Shown one piece after another: positions 1 through 12,814 of a stretch of 64,000 bases of DNA. Position 1 is the first letter of the stretch. Each line of letters starts with the position of its first letter. This stretch comes from Penicillus capitatus. Its lineage: Eukaryota; Plantae; Chlorophyta. The notes under the pieces are model-generated. The model was not told where the DNA came from. It saw nothing but the letters and a program-made list of their open reading frames with translations, and made no database searches. The translations under genes were made by a program, and so were the position numbers. The stretch spans positions 1,274,081 through 1,338,080 of the forward strand of contig OZ287696.1 in the NCBI GenBank assembly GCA_965649825.1. Direction: 5' to 3'.

Positions 1-578
<578 letters not shown>

Positions 579-639
579 TTAATTAAATAAATATCTATGT
601 TTTTATTTTCATAGGTTTCATTTTCTCATTAGAATGTTT

Positions 640-678
640 TTTTGAATTTTTTATTTTCAAAAATAAAAAAATTCAAAA
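640..678. other. AT-rich inverted repeat (stem-loop) in plastid-type spacer upstream of psbA
   Basis: ttttgaattttttatttt / aaaataaaaaaattcaaaa, about 18-bp stem with one extra A. It ends immediately before the switch to GC-richer nuclear-type DNA. Confidence 0.6.
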
Positions 679-708
679 TATGGTCTCCTCCTCTCATCTT
701 CCCTCCAC

Positions 709-954
709 ATGGCAGTGACCTCCCTGCTCTGCGCGCTCGTGATGCACGGATTCGAAGACGCTGTCAAGGATGAGCTGGAAAAAGTGGAAGACATCGACTG
801 GCAGGGACTCGAAACGAACACCTACGAGGCCACCTGGTCTTTCGCCTATATCTCGGCAGGCGTTTATCTCGTCTTTTTCATCTGGCTGTTCTTTGCTCCC
901 GGCGCCTTCCGCAAAGAAGAGCGGGAGCGAGACGAAAAAGATGAGGCAGCATGA
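709..954 (+). CDS. Small membrane protein, or terminal exon of a gene interrupted by the plastid segment
   Basis: 81-aa ORF with a clear hydrophobic helix (WSFAYISAGVYLVFFIWLFF) and a charged tail. A possible acceptor (catggcag) sits at its 5' end. Confidence 0.45.
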   Translation: MAVTSLLCALVMHGFEDAVKDELEKVEDIDWQGLETNTYEATWSFAYISAGVYLVFFIWLFFAPGAFRKEERERDEKDEAA

Positions 955-1124
955 ACACACCGTACACGCATCTCTGGAGTTTGGAACAGGTGCATGTCGC
1001 GGAATCAAGTTGCAATTTTGACAAGCCTTCTTCATATGAGTTGTTGCTGGCTCCAGTCATCTGCATCACACATCAATCATTCGCACTCTCATCACAGAAG
1101 AGCGATGTTGGCTCTGCGATTCTG

Positions 1125-4100
1125 ATGAACTTTATTAACAACGGAATGGAAGCTGCTTGCGTTCGAGAAACGTTGTTTATCGATTTCGACGCGCCGACAG
1201 CGATTGCTTGGTCCGCGAATGGAAATCTGATCGCCGTCGCCTTTCCGCACCGGGACCAGACAACCGCACGTGTCATTCTCCTGGAACCCGACGTTCTGCA
1301 TGTATTGTCCCGGCGGTACAGGAGACACCGCCTTTAACGACGCCGTCTTCTGCAGGAACACACGGTGCTCGAAGTCCCCCTTCAATCTCCTTCCGACTTC
1401 GTCGCCTTCCTGAGCTTCTCTCCTCCACACGCATCTCTGACGCTCATAACGGCGACCAAACAGGGGAAGATACTGTTGTGGACACCACGTCAGAATTCCC
1501 ATACCTACCAGCCTGTCGCACTCAATACCTGGGCTGCTGAGCATGTGATGCTTCTGAGGGTGAGAGCAGAGATGTTGATCGATCTGTACGTTACATTAGG
1601 TGACAATCGAGACTGGAGAGTTGCTCTTCTGTCGGTTTCTCTCGCCGCCGTCGTCTTTCCAATGGCCACCAAAAGATCCTCAATACAAACCTGTTGCGCA
1701 AGGGGCACCTCTCGAACAGCGTTTCTGTTCAATGGAACATATCGTGATAGACGATCCGGCCTGGCTTAGGGTCGGCATTCTTCATTTCCTGACCCTGGAT
1801 AGATCTGGTGCGATGCATGTGCGATGCTTGATGGTTATCTGTATCTTCAGCGTCTCACTCTTGCTTCTCAGGTGCATCAGAGCGCGTTGGATAAATGGAT
1901 CGTAACGCAGGGACAGAGTGTGGGCGACGTCCTTCCAGGAGAGCTACGGTGTGCGGACGTCATCGGCGGACGTGGCTCTTTCCTCACGATGGCCGTCGTT
2001 ACGGAATCCAATCCGTTCATTGCTGTGCTTTTGGAGATTCGTGGACATCCGAATGGCGCAGATCAGCTTGAGACGCCTTCTTTCTCGGTGAGATCCTTCG
2101 GAGAGCATCGCGAATCCCACGAACAGCCTTTGTGTGTTCGTATCTCAAGATGGAGATGCTGGCTATGGTGCGGCCATCGATCGAGCATCCCATCTGCGAC
2201 GTGCAGTTCCGTCCTGCATCACTGGGCGATGGACTGGTCATTCTACAGAGAAGTTCCGATCGGGTTGGCGTCTCGAAGCACACGGCCGTCTCACACGATC
2301 CCGTTGGCTATACAGGTAGACAATGCATCCGTCAATGGCTGCGCCTGCAATTCTGTTGATTGTAGAAGCCAAAAGACTGATTCTGAATCTCGACAGCATC
2401 GATTCTGCGAACGTCGAGAAGATTTCGATGGTTCTGTCCACGGATAACACCTGTGTTGGGCTGTGGGTGCCGGGGACAGCGCTATCGCTCATTTCGTTGC
2501 ACTCAATGTCGATCACAGATCGACTCGATCGGGGAAACGCATCCTCCTGTCTTGCGGGTGTTTTCAGTCCAAACGGCGTCTGCTTTGCCGGAGTCTTTCA
2601 AGCAGAAGGACGGCTGTCCCTGGAGATTTGGAGCCTGCCCGAGGCATCCATCGGTTCAAATGGCGTTTTCGAGAATCTGAAATCATTCTGTCTGTGGGAC
2701 TGCATGCGTGCCGTCTGGGCACTCCTCACACATGCCGATCCATGGGATATCAGCCAACGTATCCAGAGGCATGCCCAGGCACTTCCGGAATCTCTGGCAT
2801 ACTTTTCTCTCTTCTACTTGGACGGGATGCTTCACCGCCATCCACACTTCAGTCGTCCCCAGTACGCAGATCTGCTCGACAGAATCAAGATTCGAGTCTT
2901 TCTCGAGAGTCGAGATCCAACGATTCGAGTCGAACGTCCCTATTGGTAGATGCGCTCGAGGTGCTGCTCTTCTGCAGGTCGTGCTGATGGACTTATATTC
3001 AAGGCGCATGATTTTTAATCTCTATCACGCCTTCGCCTCCGCATTGCTGTCCAACTCTCAGGCAGCGCACATCAAAATCTCTTTGGAAGAATGGACAGAG
3101 GGAGACAAAGAGAGCTGCAGGAGGTGGATGCACTGGATCGAGGAATTCTTTCGGCTTCTTTGCACAGTGAGGCTTGCCTTTCTTCCGGCACAAGATAGGG
3201 ATACCGTTTGGCGCATAGTGTGTCAAGACATGGTGTGTCCGAAACGTCAATGCTGCCGAGAAGACAGCAGATGACGTTCCTTTCGTTCGTCTCCTCTGCG
3301 ATTCGCATTTCATAAAGCGTCTCTGCACACTCCTGTACTGTTTTTGCGAATTCTCAAAACTGAGTCTGTCGTCATCGCAGTCCAATGGTCTGCTCCCTCT
3401 TCGAGATCTGGATGTCAATGGACGTCTATTTGTCTGTCTTAGAAAAGCACAAGTTCTTCAAGGATACCTGTTGCGATACCGTCAGCCAGATTCACCTTGT
3501 TGTGAAGAAGGCCAACAAACACGGGAGCATCAAGGATCAAGAATCGTGTGAAGGCGTTGAAGCTTTTAGGGACTTGGTCAGTCAGACCAGGAAGACATGT
3601 GGAGGACCTGTTCATCTGCACTATGCTCGACTGGATGGGCCCATCACAGAGGAGGTCAACGAACAGTAGATTCGCAATCGATGATGCAGAACTGTGCAGG
3701 TCCTCCGAACGCTTCATCATCAAATCCCGATGATTCGTGAATCGACGCCATGGGATCAGACGGCGATCGAGACGAAGGCCAGAGAATTGGGACTTCTGCC
3801 GGATCGAGCCTTGAAGGGACTGCTCTTGATGAAAGAGAAGGAAAAACGACATCCGTTCCAAATGTCGCCAAAACGCTACATACCGTACAGCGAGCGACAT
3901 GAGCATCTCTGCACCGCATCCATGTGTTTGTTTGTAGTAAGCGATTGCCTCTTTTCGATTGCATGAAGGGGAAGCCATTTACTGAGAACCAGCACATTTT
4001 CTACGCAGGAGATCAGTCTTGCATCGCCGGCTTTGGCACTGTCATCAAGGTATCAGATGCAGTTGACATGCGCAGCGTTTCAAGTCGGTATTGGATACAG

Positions 4101-4223
4101 GAGGACAACCCGGAAACAAGTCGATTGGATCTGACACTCCTTAAACAGTGCACCGCACGTTCTCCTTTCACTGGATGCATGTGGAAAAAGCTGCATGCGT
4201 TCGACGACCCTGATCGAATGTAG
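1125..4223 (+). CDS. MED16: Mediator subunit 16 (SFR6-like), multi-exon
   Basis: Exon pieces match plant MED16 motifs from memory: AIAWSANGNLIAVA; FVAFLSFSPPHASLTLITATKQGKILLWT; FSPNGVCFAG; PQYADLLDRIKIRV; C-terminal ARSPFTGCMWKKL. The start is uncertain (frame open from 951; ATGs at 1125 and 1146). Confidence 0.72.
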
Positions 4224-5276
4224 TCGATTGGATCGGTGTTCGAGCAAAGACAATGCATCTCTAGCGTTTTCTGTTCGTATTCTTTTGGCCACTGAGCGAT
4301 GGACCACTCAGAGAAATCGTGCGAAGTCCTCGTTCTATCAATCTGCGAAAAAGAAAGAGGATTCAAAGATGATGTGTTCGATGGAAATGTGTAGAATGGT
4401 CTGCTTTCACGGAACAGCTTTTAGAGTGTCAGAGGTTATGTGCTGAATGCGTCACCATTCGTTTCAAGTGTCGTGATTGCTCGGCAATGAAAAGGACTTG
4501 TTCCGTCCGTGTCCTTTTCTACTTACCATCTGCAACTCAGAACACAGTTGCGCTTTTCATAAAGGGCAGCTCGATGTTGCTGCTCTGACTTTTCAAAAGT
4601 TGATGAGTATTTGCCGCATCCTCTTAGAATCATTTGAGCGTCGGAGTGTGCTCTACTTTCAAAAAGTTTCATCGATCGAGACACAAAGCGCGGTGTCGAC
4701 TCGAAGCCTCCTCTTTCACAACGTCGATCGGTCATCGAAACAGATAGACACCTCTGATCGCATCGCATCGCTTGTTGTTTTGCGATCTTGTATCGACATT
4801 CGCTCGAGGATTGGGCGCTTTCGATCGCATTGTAATTCTGAAGAAAATGCTCCGTCCGGCACAGAAGGTCGCCAATCGAAGTCATCTCCCGACGTCAAGA
4901 TGAAATGCGCGCATCACAATGCAACAGTTGTGGCGTCCTTCTCTTCACACGATGTCTGTGGTGTCATAGCGAGGACGACAGAAAGCCGTCAACATCATCC
5001 CACTGTGCACGGGATGCTTCATCTTGGCCAACAGGCGCTGCATGGATGTATCATGCATGGTCATGTGTGTTGAGTGAGATACAGGATCTCAGACACGTCG
5101 ATCACGATGGGGGTGCTATCATCGTACGAGATGCCGTTATTGCGTGCCACGTCGATGATTGCTCTGCGAACGCCCTTCGTCCGAACGCGAATCGACGCGG
5201 TTTCGCGTCGAGGAATCGCAGGGTACATCGTCTACTGAGACTGTAGAATTGCCACAAATGAGGTGGCCTAAAAAGC

Positions 5277-5387
5277 TTAACAGGTGTCTGTACGGTTGAC
5301 AAAAAGGAGTTGACCCAAACAGTTTAACAGGTGTCTGTACAGTTGACAAAAAGGAGTTGACCCAAACAGTTTAACAGGTGTCTGTAC
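5277..5387. repeat. 47-bp tandem repeat, about 2.4 copies
   Basis: ttaacaggtgtctgtac recurs at 5277, 5324 and 5371. It is bracketed by a duplicated aattgcca...tggcctaaa motif (~5248 and ~5389). Confidence 0.9.
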
Positions 5388-5515
5388 AATTGCCATGAAA
5401 AAATGGCCTAAACAAGAATCAATCGCTCTATTAAACCCAGAATGTACCACAACAACTAGAACGTATACGATCAGCTCGATAATAGGCTGTCTGCTGCGTG
5501 ATGTCAGATTATAGG

Positions 5516-5897
5516 CTGCTGGAGGCTTCAGTATTGGCTGCCCGCTGCTGGAGGCTTGGTTTTATGCTGCCCGCTGCTGGAGGCTTCATTATATGCTGCC
5601 CGGCTGCTGGAGGCTTGATTTCATGCTGTCTGCTGGAGGCTTCATTATATGCTGCCCGCTGCTGGAGGCTTGATTTCATGCTGTCTGCTGGAGGCTTCAT
5701 TATATGCTGCCCGCTGCTGGAGGCTTCATTATATGCTGCCCGCTGCTGGAGGCTTCATTATATGCTGCCCGCTGCTGGAGGCTTCATTATATGCTGCCCG
5801 CTGCTGGAGGCTTGATTTCATGCTGTCTGCTGGAGGCTTGATTATATGATGTCTGCTGCTAGAGAATTGATTATATGCTGCCCGCTGCTGGAGGCTT
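5516..5897. repeat. 29/26-bp minisatellite (core ctgctggaggctt), about 13-14 copies, with degenerate copies to ~6145
   Basis: Units ctgctggaggcttcattatatgctgcccg (29 nt) and ctgctggaggcttgatttcatgctgt (26 nt) are interleaved. Confidence 0.9.
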
Positions 5898-6169
5898 AGA
5901 CAAAAGGCTTCTGGAGCCTTCATCAAAGGCTGTCGTCTCAATCGTAGGCTGTCGGATGTAGAATCTCAGGCTGCTGGAGGCTTCTTGATAGGTCCTCCCT
6001 CGTCTTCATCAAAGGCTGCTGGAAGCTTCATGATAATCTGCTGTCTGCTGGAGGCTTGATAATCATCTGCTGTCTGCTGGAGGCTTGATAATCTGCTGTC
6101 TGCTGCTGTCAAATCAAAGGATATATGCTGCTGGAGGCTTCATTGTAGATAGTAGTCTTCATCCCCGCT

Positions 6170-8290
6170 GTCCGATGCCGGCTGTCGGCTGTCTTCGCCG
6201 TCTTTACCGCCGACTGTTGATCGCCAGCATCTTCACCGCCGGCTGTCGGCACATCGCCGACTTCATCGAAGGCTGTCCACGCAGGCTACTTCACACGGCA
6301 GTCGAATGCCGGCTTTCTCACCGCCTGCTAGCTTCGCTTCCGACTTCTTCGCCGCCGGCTGCTGGTTGCCCGCTGTCGTCTTCGTCGCAGGCTGTCTTTA
6401 TGGTCGTCTGTCGGGGCTGTCGTCTTCGTCGTCGCCGTCTGTGGATGCCGGTGGCCTCTTCATTACTGGCTGTCGCCGCCGCCGACTGTCTTGGCCGTCG
6501 GCAGTCTTGGCCTGTTGTCTTTATGGCCGGCAGTCTTGGGTGCCGGCTTTCTCACCGACTGCTGGCTTCTTCATCCGGCTGTCGGATGCCAGCTTACTCA
6601 CCGCCGGCTGTCGGCTGTCTTCGCCGGCTTTGCCGCTGACTGTTGATCACCAGCTTCTTCGCCGGCAGTCTGGGCCGGCTGTCAGATGCCGGCTATCGTC
6701 TTCGCCGCCGACAGTCTTCCTCTCCGGCTGTGGATGCCGGCCGTCTTCATGGCCGGCTGTGGGGGCCGGCTCTCAGGGCTGGCGGCTGTCGTCGCCGCCA
6801 GCTGTCTTCAGAGCCGGCTGTGGGGGCCGGCTCTCAAGGCCACCGGCTTCTTCGTTGCCGGCTTCATCGCCGCCGGCTGTGGATGCCGGCCGTCTGTCGG
6901 GGCCGGCGGCTTCTTCGTGGCCGGCTTCACCGCCGCCGGCTGTCTTCCTCTCTGGCTGTCTTGGCCGGCGGCTTCTTCATGGCCGGCTAATATGGCCGGC
7001 TTCACCGCCGCCGGCTGTCTTCCTCTCTGGCTGTCTTGGCCGGCGGCTTCTTCATGGCCGGCTAATATGGCCGGCTGTCTCGGGTGCCGGCTGTGAGATC
7101 CGGCTATAATGGTCGGCTGTGGATGCCGGCTGTCGGGGCCGTCTGTCTTACTCTCCGGCAGTCGTGGGGGCTGGCTGGCTGTCTCCGCGGGCAGTCTTAG
7201 CCGCCAGCTTTTGGGCCCGGCGGCTTCTTCATGGCCGGTTGTCGCCACCGGCTGTTGGGCCCGGCCGTCTTCATGGCCGGCTGTGGGTGCCGCGGGCAGT
7301 CTTGGCCGCCGGCTGTGGGGGCCGGCTGTCAGGGCCGGCTGTCAGGGCCGGCTGACGGATGCCGGCGGCTGTGGGGCCGGCTGTCTTCATAACCGGCCGT
7401 CTTCGCCGCCGGCTGTCTTGGCCGGCTGTCTTCAGAGCCGGCTGTGGGGGCCGGCGGCTTCTTCATGGCCGGTTGTCGCCACCGGCTGTTGGGCCCGGCC
7501 GTCTTCATGGCCGGCTGTGGGGGCCGCGGGCAGTCTTGGCCGCCAGCTGTGGGGGCCGGCTGTCTTCATGGCCGGCTGACGGATGCCGGCGGCTGTGGGG
7601 CCGGCTGTCTTCATGGCCGGCTGACGGATGCCGGCCGTCTTCATGGCCGGCCGGCTGTCGCCGCCGGCTGTCTTCAGAGCCGGATGTGGGGGCCGGCGGC
7701 TTCTTCATGGCCGGTTGTCGCCACCGGCTGTTGAGGCCGGCCGTCTTCATGGCCGGCCGGCTGTCGCCGCCGGCTGTCTTCAGAGCCGGCTGTGGGGGCC
7801 GGCGGCTTCTTCATGGCCGGTTGTCTCCACCGGCTGTTGGGCCCGGCCGTCTTCATGGCCGGCTGTGGGGGCCGCGGGCAGTCTTGGCCGCCAGCTGTGG
7901 GGGCCGGCTGTGGGGGCCGGCTGTGGGGGCCGCGGGCAGTCTTGGCCGCCAGCTGTGGGGGCCGGCTGTGAGGGCCGGCTGACGGATGCCGGCCGTCTTC
8001 ATGGCCGGCTTTCTTCAGAGCCCTCTGTGGGGGCCGGCCGTCTTCATAGCCGGCTGCGGGGGCCGGCTGCGGGGGCCGGCTGTTGGCGCCGGCGGTTTCT
8101 TCATGGCCGGCTGTCGCCACCGGCTGCGGGGGCCGGGGCTGTTGTGGCCGGCCGTCTTCATGGCCGGCTCTCTCGGGTGCCGGCTTCTCCATCCGGCTGT
8201 CATGGCCGGCTGTTTTCGTAGCCGGCTGTGGGGGCCGGCTGTCTTCAAAGCCGGCTGTCGGGGCCGGCCGTCTTCATGGCCGGCGTCTTG
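6170..8290. repeat. GC-rich complex satellite built from gccggc-containing modules
   Basis: Shuffled modules gccggctgtggg, gccggctgtctt, cttcatggccgg and ggttgtcgccacc, with longer duplicated blocks and very dense CCGG sites. Confidence 0.88.
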
Positions 8291-9480
8291 GACAGCGGTA
8301 GCCGAAAATCATGAAGAGAGCGGCGACCGAGAAACGATTTAGCGGAAAGGGTAGACGCACCAAGAAACGTCCAAAAACTTGAAGAAACCGAGAAAGCAAT
8401 AAAATTCAGGAACGCTGATGGTTTTTGACCGCAAATGAAAAAACCGCAACCGTATTCGGCAGTTGATGATGGCGACGTAATCACCAACGACGAAACCGTC
8501 CCACAAGAAGCAAGCGCTAAGTGTCTCGGCTGAGAATGCTGCCAACACCAAAAGGTCCTGATTTGGAACAGAGTGTGCCGTTATCCTGTCTAGGTGTGAA
8601 GGAATGCTTCTTCTTGAAGATGCAGAAGTGGCGGTTATGACTGATCCATGAGAGGCCGCGGGTGAAGATCGACTTGTATACCAAGCTCTGGCACTCAGCA
8701 AATCATGTTCTGGAAATCGCCAAGTGGACTTATACCTATTGCATCATAGTACAGGTTTTTGTTAGCTTGAGTGTTGCAATGTTAGTCCTCTCGTGCATTC
8801 GCTGGATGTTCTGTCTCTCTGTATGTGTCAGATGCACCCCCATCCGACCCGGATGTTAGCTTTGTCTGAGAATTAGGCAACTGAAGATCCATCCATCCAG
8901 TCGCTCTTTGTTTGCATGTCTGTCATTCTCATTCTTCATTAAGTGTCTAAAAAGGTGAAAGGAGGTATCCTTCAAGAATCGTTTTCGTTGTCCAATGTGG
9001 CGCGACTGTAAGGTTCTTTCGATGAGTCGAAGTAGAGACATATCATTCATTTCGCGTTTTAAATCGTCTGCTATTACACATGAGTAAATCCAGTCTGAGG
9101 TGTGCACTTCAGTCAACCTAGGCCTTCGCGCCCTGTAAGTCACATTTGTCAATGTCTTTGAACTCTCCAAAGGCTGCTGCTCTTAGACTGACAAAAAGCA
9201 GCGACTGTTATCAAATCTCAGGGATGGATGTTCCTTCGAGAAGCAGAACTGCTGGTTGTGTCGTGATCGGGTACAAAATCCACCGCTACTGTCTAGCAGT
9301 CTTAACAAAAGATGATCGGTCCCGGTTAGAAGTCGAGGCATCAATTGTTCGAAGATGATCCCAGAAGTGTTTCAGAACCTGCTGCTGTGCAAAGAGACAA
9401 GGGCCATCAGATGATAGCGATCAGAAAAAGGCCGTACATAGATTTCACACACCCGTCTGTCCTGCCTCTCTAGAAAATAT

Positions 9481-9600
9481 GATTCGATCTCGATCGTCGC
9501 CATTAATCGATCGATCGATCGATTAGCATCCGGAAAACTGTAAGTCGATCTCGATCGTCACGATCGACTGGTCAATCGGCGGTCACAATCGGGCGGACTG
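9481..9600. repeat. GATC/CGAT-dense cluster with a perfect 22-bp palindrome
   Basis: taatcgatcgatcgatcgatta at 9504-9525. tcgatctcgatcgtc is duplicated at ~9484 and ~9545. Confidence 0.7.
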
Positions 9601-9772
9601 ATCATTCCGCCGTAAATATTTGAGCACGCATGTGCATTTCTATCACCGTGTCCTTGAAAACGCTATGACGACAAGGAAAGCGCGCATTCGTTCAGATAAT
9701 TCGTCGCACGTACGAAATGAGAGTCCAGGTGTGCGATGCATTACTGTGTGTATGCAAAACAATTTTGCGAGT

Positions 9773-12565
9773 TCAAAATCTCTCACCGACGTTGATCATA
9801 AGCGATCCCTTTCCAAGATTCGTATCTCTCGAGTATTCGAGTCTAGCTGGGCCGACCTTCAGTCCTGCTCCATATGTCACTCCAGATCCTGGCTTTCGGA
9901 AATAGACTGTCGGATTTCCAGGGACATCCTTTGACGAATTTAGATCCCATGCACCTTCTGCAAAGGCATACATCTGCTGATTAATGAAGGGCGTTGGCAA
10001 TCTCAACTCCGCGGCTGCTTCCAGAAAATGGCGAGAGGTACCCAACTCGCCAAGATTGACACCCCTAACCGAATGAGGCCCGCCCAGAGGGAAAGCATCG
10101 TAAGAGGCAAGATCTCCAAGAGCACATCCAAGCTTGCCATGCAGCACCAACACTTTTGGCACTCGGAATCCAGTAGATTCTCTCAGTTTTACGAAACGGG
10201 TCATGGAGACGACTAGTCGATTAAAGAAACCACCGATGCCTGTGCCTTGATCGACAAGATACATGTCGCGTGCACCTACTGGGGCGCCATTGACAGAGTA
10301 CGTCGTATCACGGACCACGTTTGCCTGGAAGTATATTTGTTGATCTTGGCCTTCTCCTAACGTCGTAGGAGGCCCATCATTCTGAGAGGCATTGCGGAAT
10401 CCTCTCGAGATGATGGTTCCTGAGTCATCGTACGTCATGATCTCTTGCATCACAATACCCATACTGCTGCGACTGTTGCAGCTGTGTTGTTCATTCAGTG
10501 AGAGCTTGGCCCCCGATCGGTGCACAAAAACTGGGGGAACCTCCTCTCCTGTTGGCCCCGCCGTGAAGACGCTGCTGATGCGACGGGAATTGAAAACGAT
10601 TCCACTCAATGATGTCTTCTTCGGATCCCTTTCTCCGAGAATATACGGTCTCTTCATTTCGATCTTGTAACCAATGTCTCGTGGATCGAAGACGTTGGAA
10701 GTGGTCACCGTGCCTGTCAGGTTATTGCCTTTGCCCAGCAGATTGCGGTGATCGATCAAGATCGTGGCGCCAGGGATGACGGATTCCGGCAACGGAATAC
10801 CATTCTGTCGACGAACTTGCCAGTCGAGTTCGATCTACACACAACTCTGGCCGTTGTCAGACAATGACAGTGTTGTGGCGACCTCTGTTGTCCTCATCGG
10901 ACGTTCCTTCACCATGACCGTCACATCCACCAGCCGCTCATCTCTGCGATTCTGCTCCGGCAGAACCTGAACGTTCTCGTACATCCCTGTAGCGATCAGA
11001 TCCCGCAACGCCCGACGACTGTCCTCCTGATTGTACAGCTGTCCTTTCTACATCACAAACAATACTGCCACATTATTCTCTGCATCGGACACAGTGGCCT
11101 TCCAGAGGTACAGACGGACAGAGTGAATAGACTCAGAGTACGCGATTCTACATCGGTCGTCGCAACGTTGCACGACTGCAAGGCAACGAGCTTCATAGAT
11201 AAGATCAAGTTTCGGTCATCATCGTCTGCGAGATGTATAAAGGCAGGAATGTAAACGTACCACGAACGATAGCTCTCTGCGGATGAAGCTGTGTGGTGTT
11301 GCATTCCCTCTCTTCTTCTCGTTGCCTTCGTCGTCGACAAACATCACTTTCACCGAATTCACACGACCCTCGATCACTTTGGCAACCACGTTTCCAGACA
11401 GGAGACCATCAAAGGTTCGAATGTATGACATGATATATCCACGATCTTGATACCTAAGCACCAACCATGTCTGTATAGTCCAATGTTATAGGGGTGACCC
11501 TTCACAACCATTTCTCGACGATATTGCGCATCATGCCAAGTGTCTGGATAGTGACTTTTGGCGCCGATTGTCCAGTGGTGATGTCGTGGTGGTACGTGTC
11601 CAGGACTTCGTCCACCACCTCGTCCGGAATGGCTTCAGCGCCTTCCGTTTTGAAACTCGTCATTTCAGGATACTCCGAAGATTTGAACACAAAGCTCACA
11701 TCACACTTTTTCCCTTTGGTCCCTTTTACTGGGGTCACACGGATCTCGACATGGTCCACGCCCTCCGTACTACACAGCACATACCACGTGCTTACCATCT
11801 CCCACGACGGCAGAAACAAACTTACTGTGAGAGCGTCTTAAGATCTTTACGCAGCTCCTCCTGTGTGCATCGGAATCCGGGTTGGCAATTGATCCCGGCA
11901 AAGAGATCCACATCTCTCGGGACACCGGGGCCGTTCGGTAAGCCAATGGCTGAGATCTTGTTGCATTCGAAGGGCGCTGTTGGATCGACGTAATCTTCCT
12001 CGTCGATATCCTCATCGAGGTACTCTTCGATTTCGCCCTCTTCTGATTCTTCCTCTTCTTCCTCTTCGCCTATTTCTTCTTCCTCTTCATCAGCTTCTTC
12101 GCCATCGCCCGTCTCCTCTTCCTCTTCGGTGACGGCAATCTGGAACAGTTCTTGTCCTGACGGATTTCCGCCGCCCCCATCGCCACCGCCACCCTCGCCG
12201 GGCGTCTCTCCGTTTCCGCCGCCACCGGAAGCGAGGGATTGGATATAGTGAAGACAGCTTTTGAGCGATGTTGTGTTCATGGCCCCAGTGATCGTGACCG
12301 CAAAGGCGAATCCTGGAGCGACGGACGCGACAGAGGGTCGGAGCCACGATAGCCCTCGATGGTCCATCTTGCGTGCGCAGATGCGTTGAGAATGAATCGT
12401 TCGCGGTGGTAAAGGCGCCGAACGGACAATGGGTGTCCAGGAGGGCTTTCGTGTCACGGAAGAGTTGCGAACAAAAGGCATCGAGATGCGTTTGTTTTGC
12501 AACGAAGTGTTCGAAGGAGATGACGAGAACGACCGCATTTGTGCAAAACAAGACGAAAACGTCAT
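9773..12565 (-). CDS. TOC75: Chloroplast outer-envelope translocon channel Toc75 (Omp85 family), multi-exon
   Basis: Ser/Arg-rich transit peptide, then a poly-Gly stretch (the Toc75-III stop-transfer hallmark), POTRA exons (GYIMSYIRTFDG; VIEGRVNSVKV) and a beta-barrel ending ...YGAGLKVGPARLEYSRDTNLGKGSLMINVGERF. Confidence 0.9.
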
Positions 12566-12814
12566 CGAAAACCAGACCGTGCAGACTGGACGACGCTACT
12601 AGAACGGCTTGACTCGAACGCTGTCTTTTCTCCCACCAAACGCACACACATACCTTGACTCGATCGATCTGATGTGACGTCTGACGAGACCAGGCGAAAA
12701 ACACCAGGCAGGAAGAGGAGTTCAAAAAGACGATCGTACGTCACATCATCATGCATGGATAGCAAGTACACAAGACAAGGACACTGATCCGAAGAGGATG
12801 AATTCTTCCTTCAT

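Noticed and set aside
4200-5230. Possible minus-strand gene (MYPAIPRRETAS...; GGFESTPRFVSRSMKLFE...) and plus-strand ORF 4477-5073
   Set aside because: I could not build a phase-consistent exon chain or recognise a motif, so it was left unannotated.
5516-5897. CRISPR-like array of ~29-bp repeats
   Set aside because: The units abut with no unique spacers, no cas genes are present, and the context is eukaryotic. It is a minisatellite.
6085-8342. Many overlapping plus-strand ORFs (Ala/Gly/Arg/Trp-rich)
   Set aside because: These are by-products of a stop-poor GC satellite: open in several frames at once, with no domain.
8856-9170. ORF with faint resemblance to a retrotransposon integrase Zn-binding region (LQSRHIGQRK)
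   Set aside because: The HHCC motif is incomplete and I found no RT, RNase H or DDE motifs or LTRs nearby.
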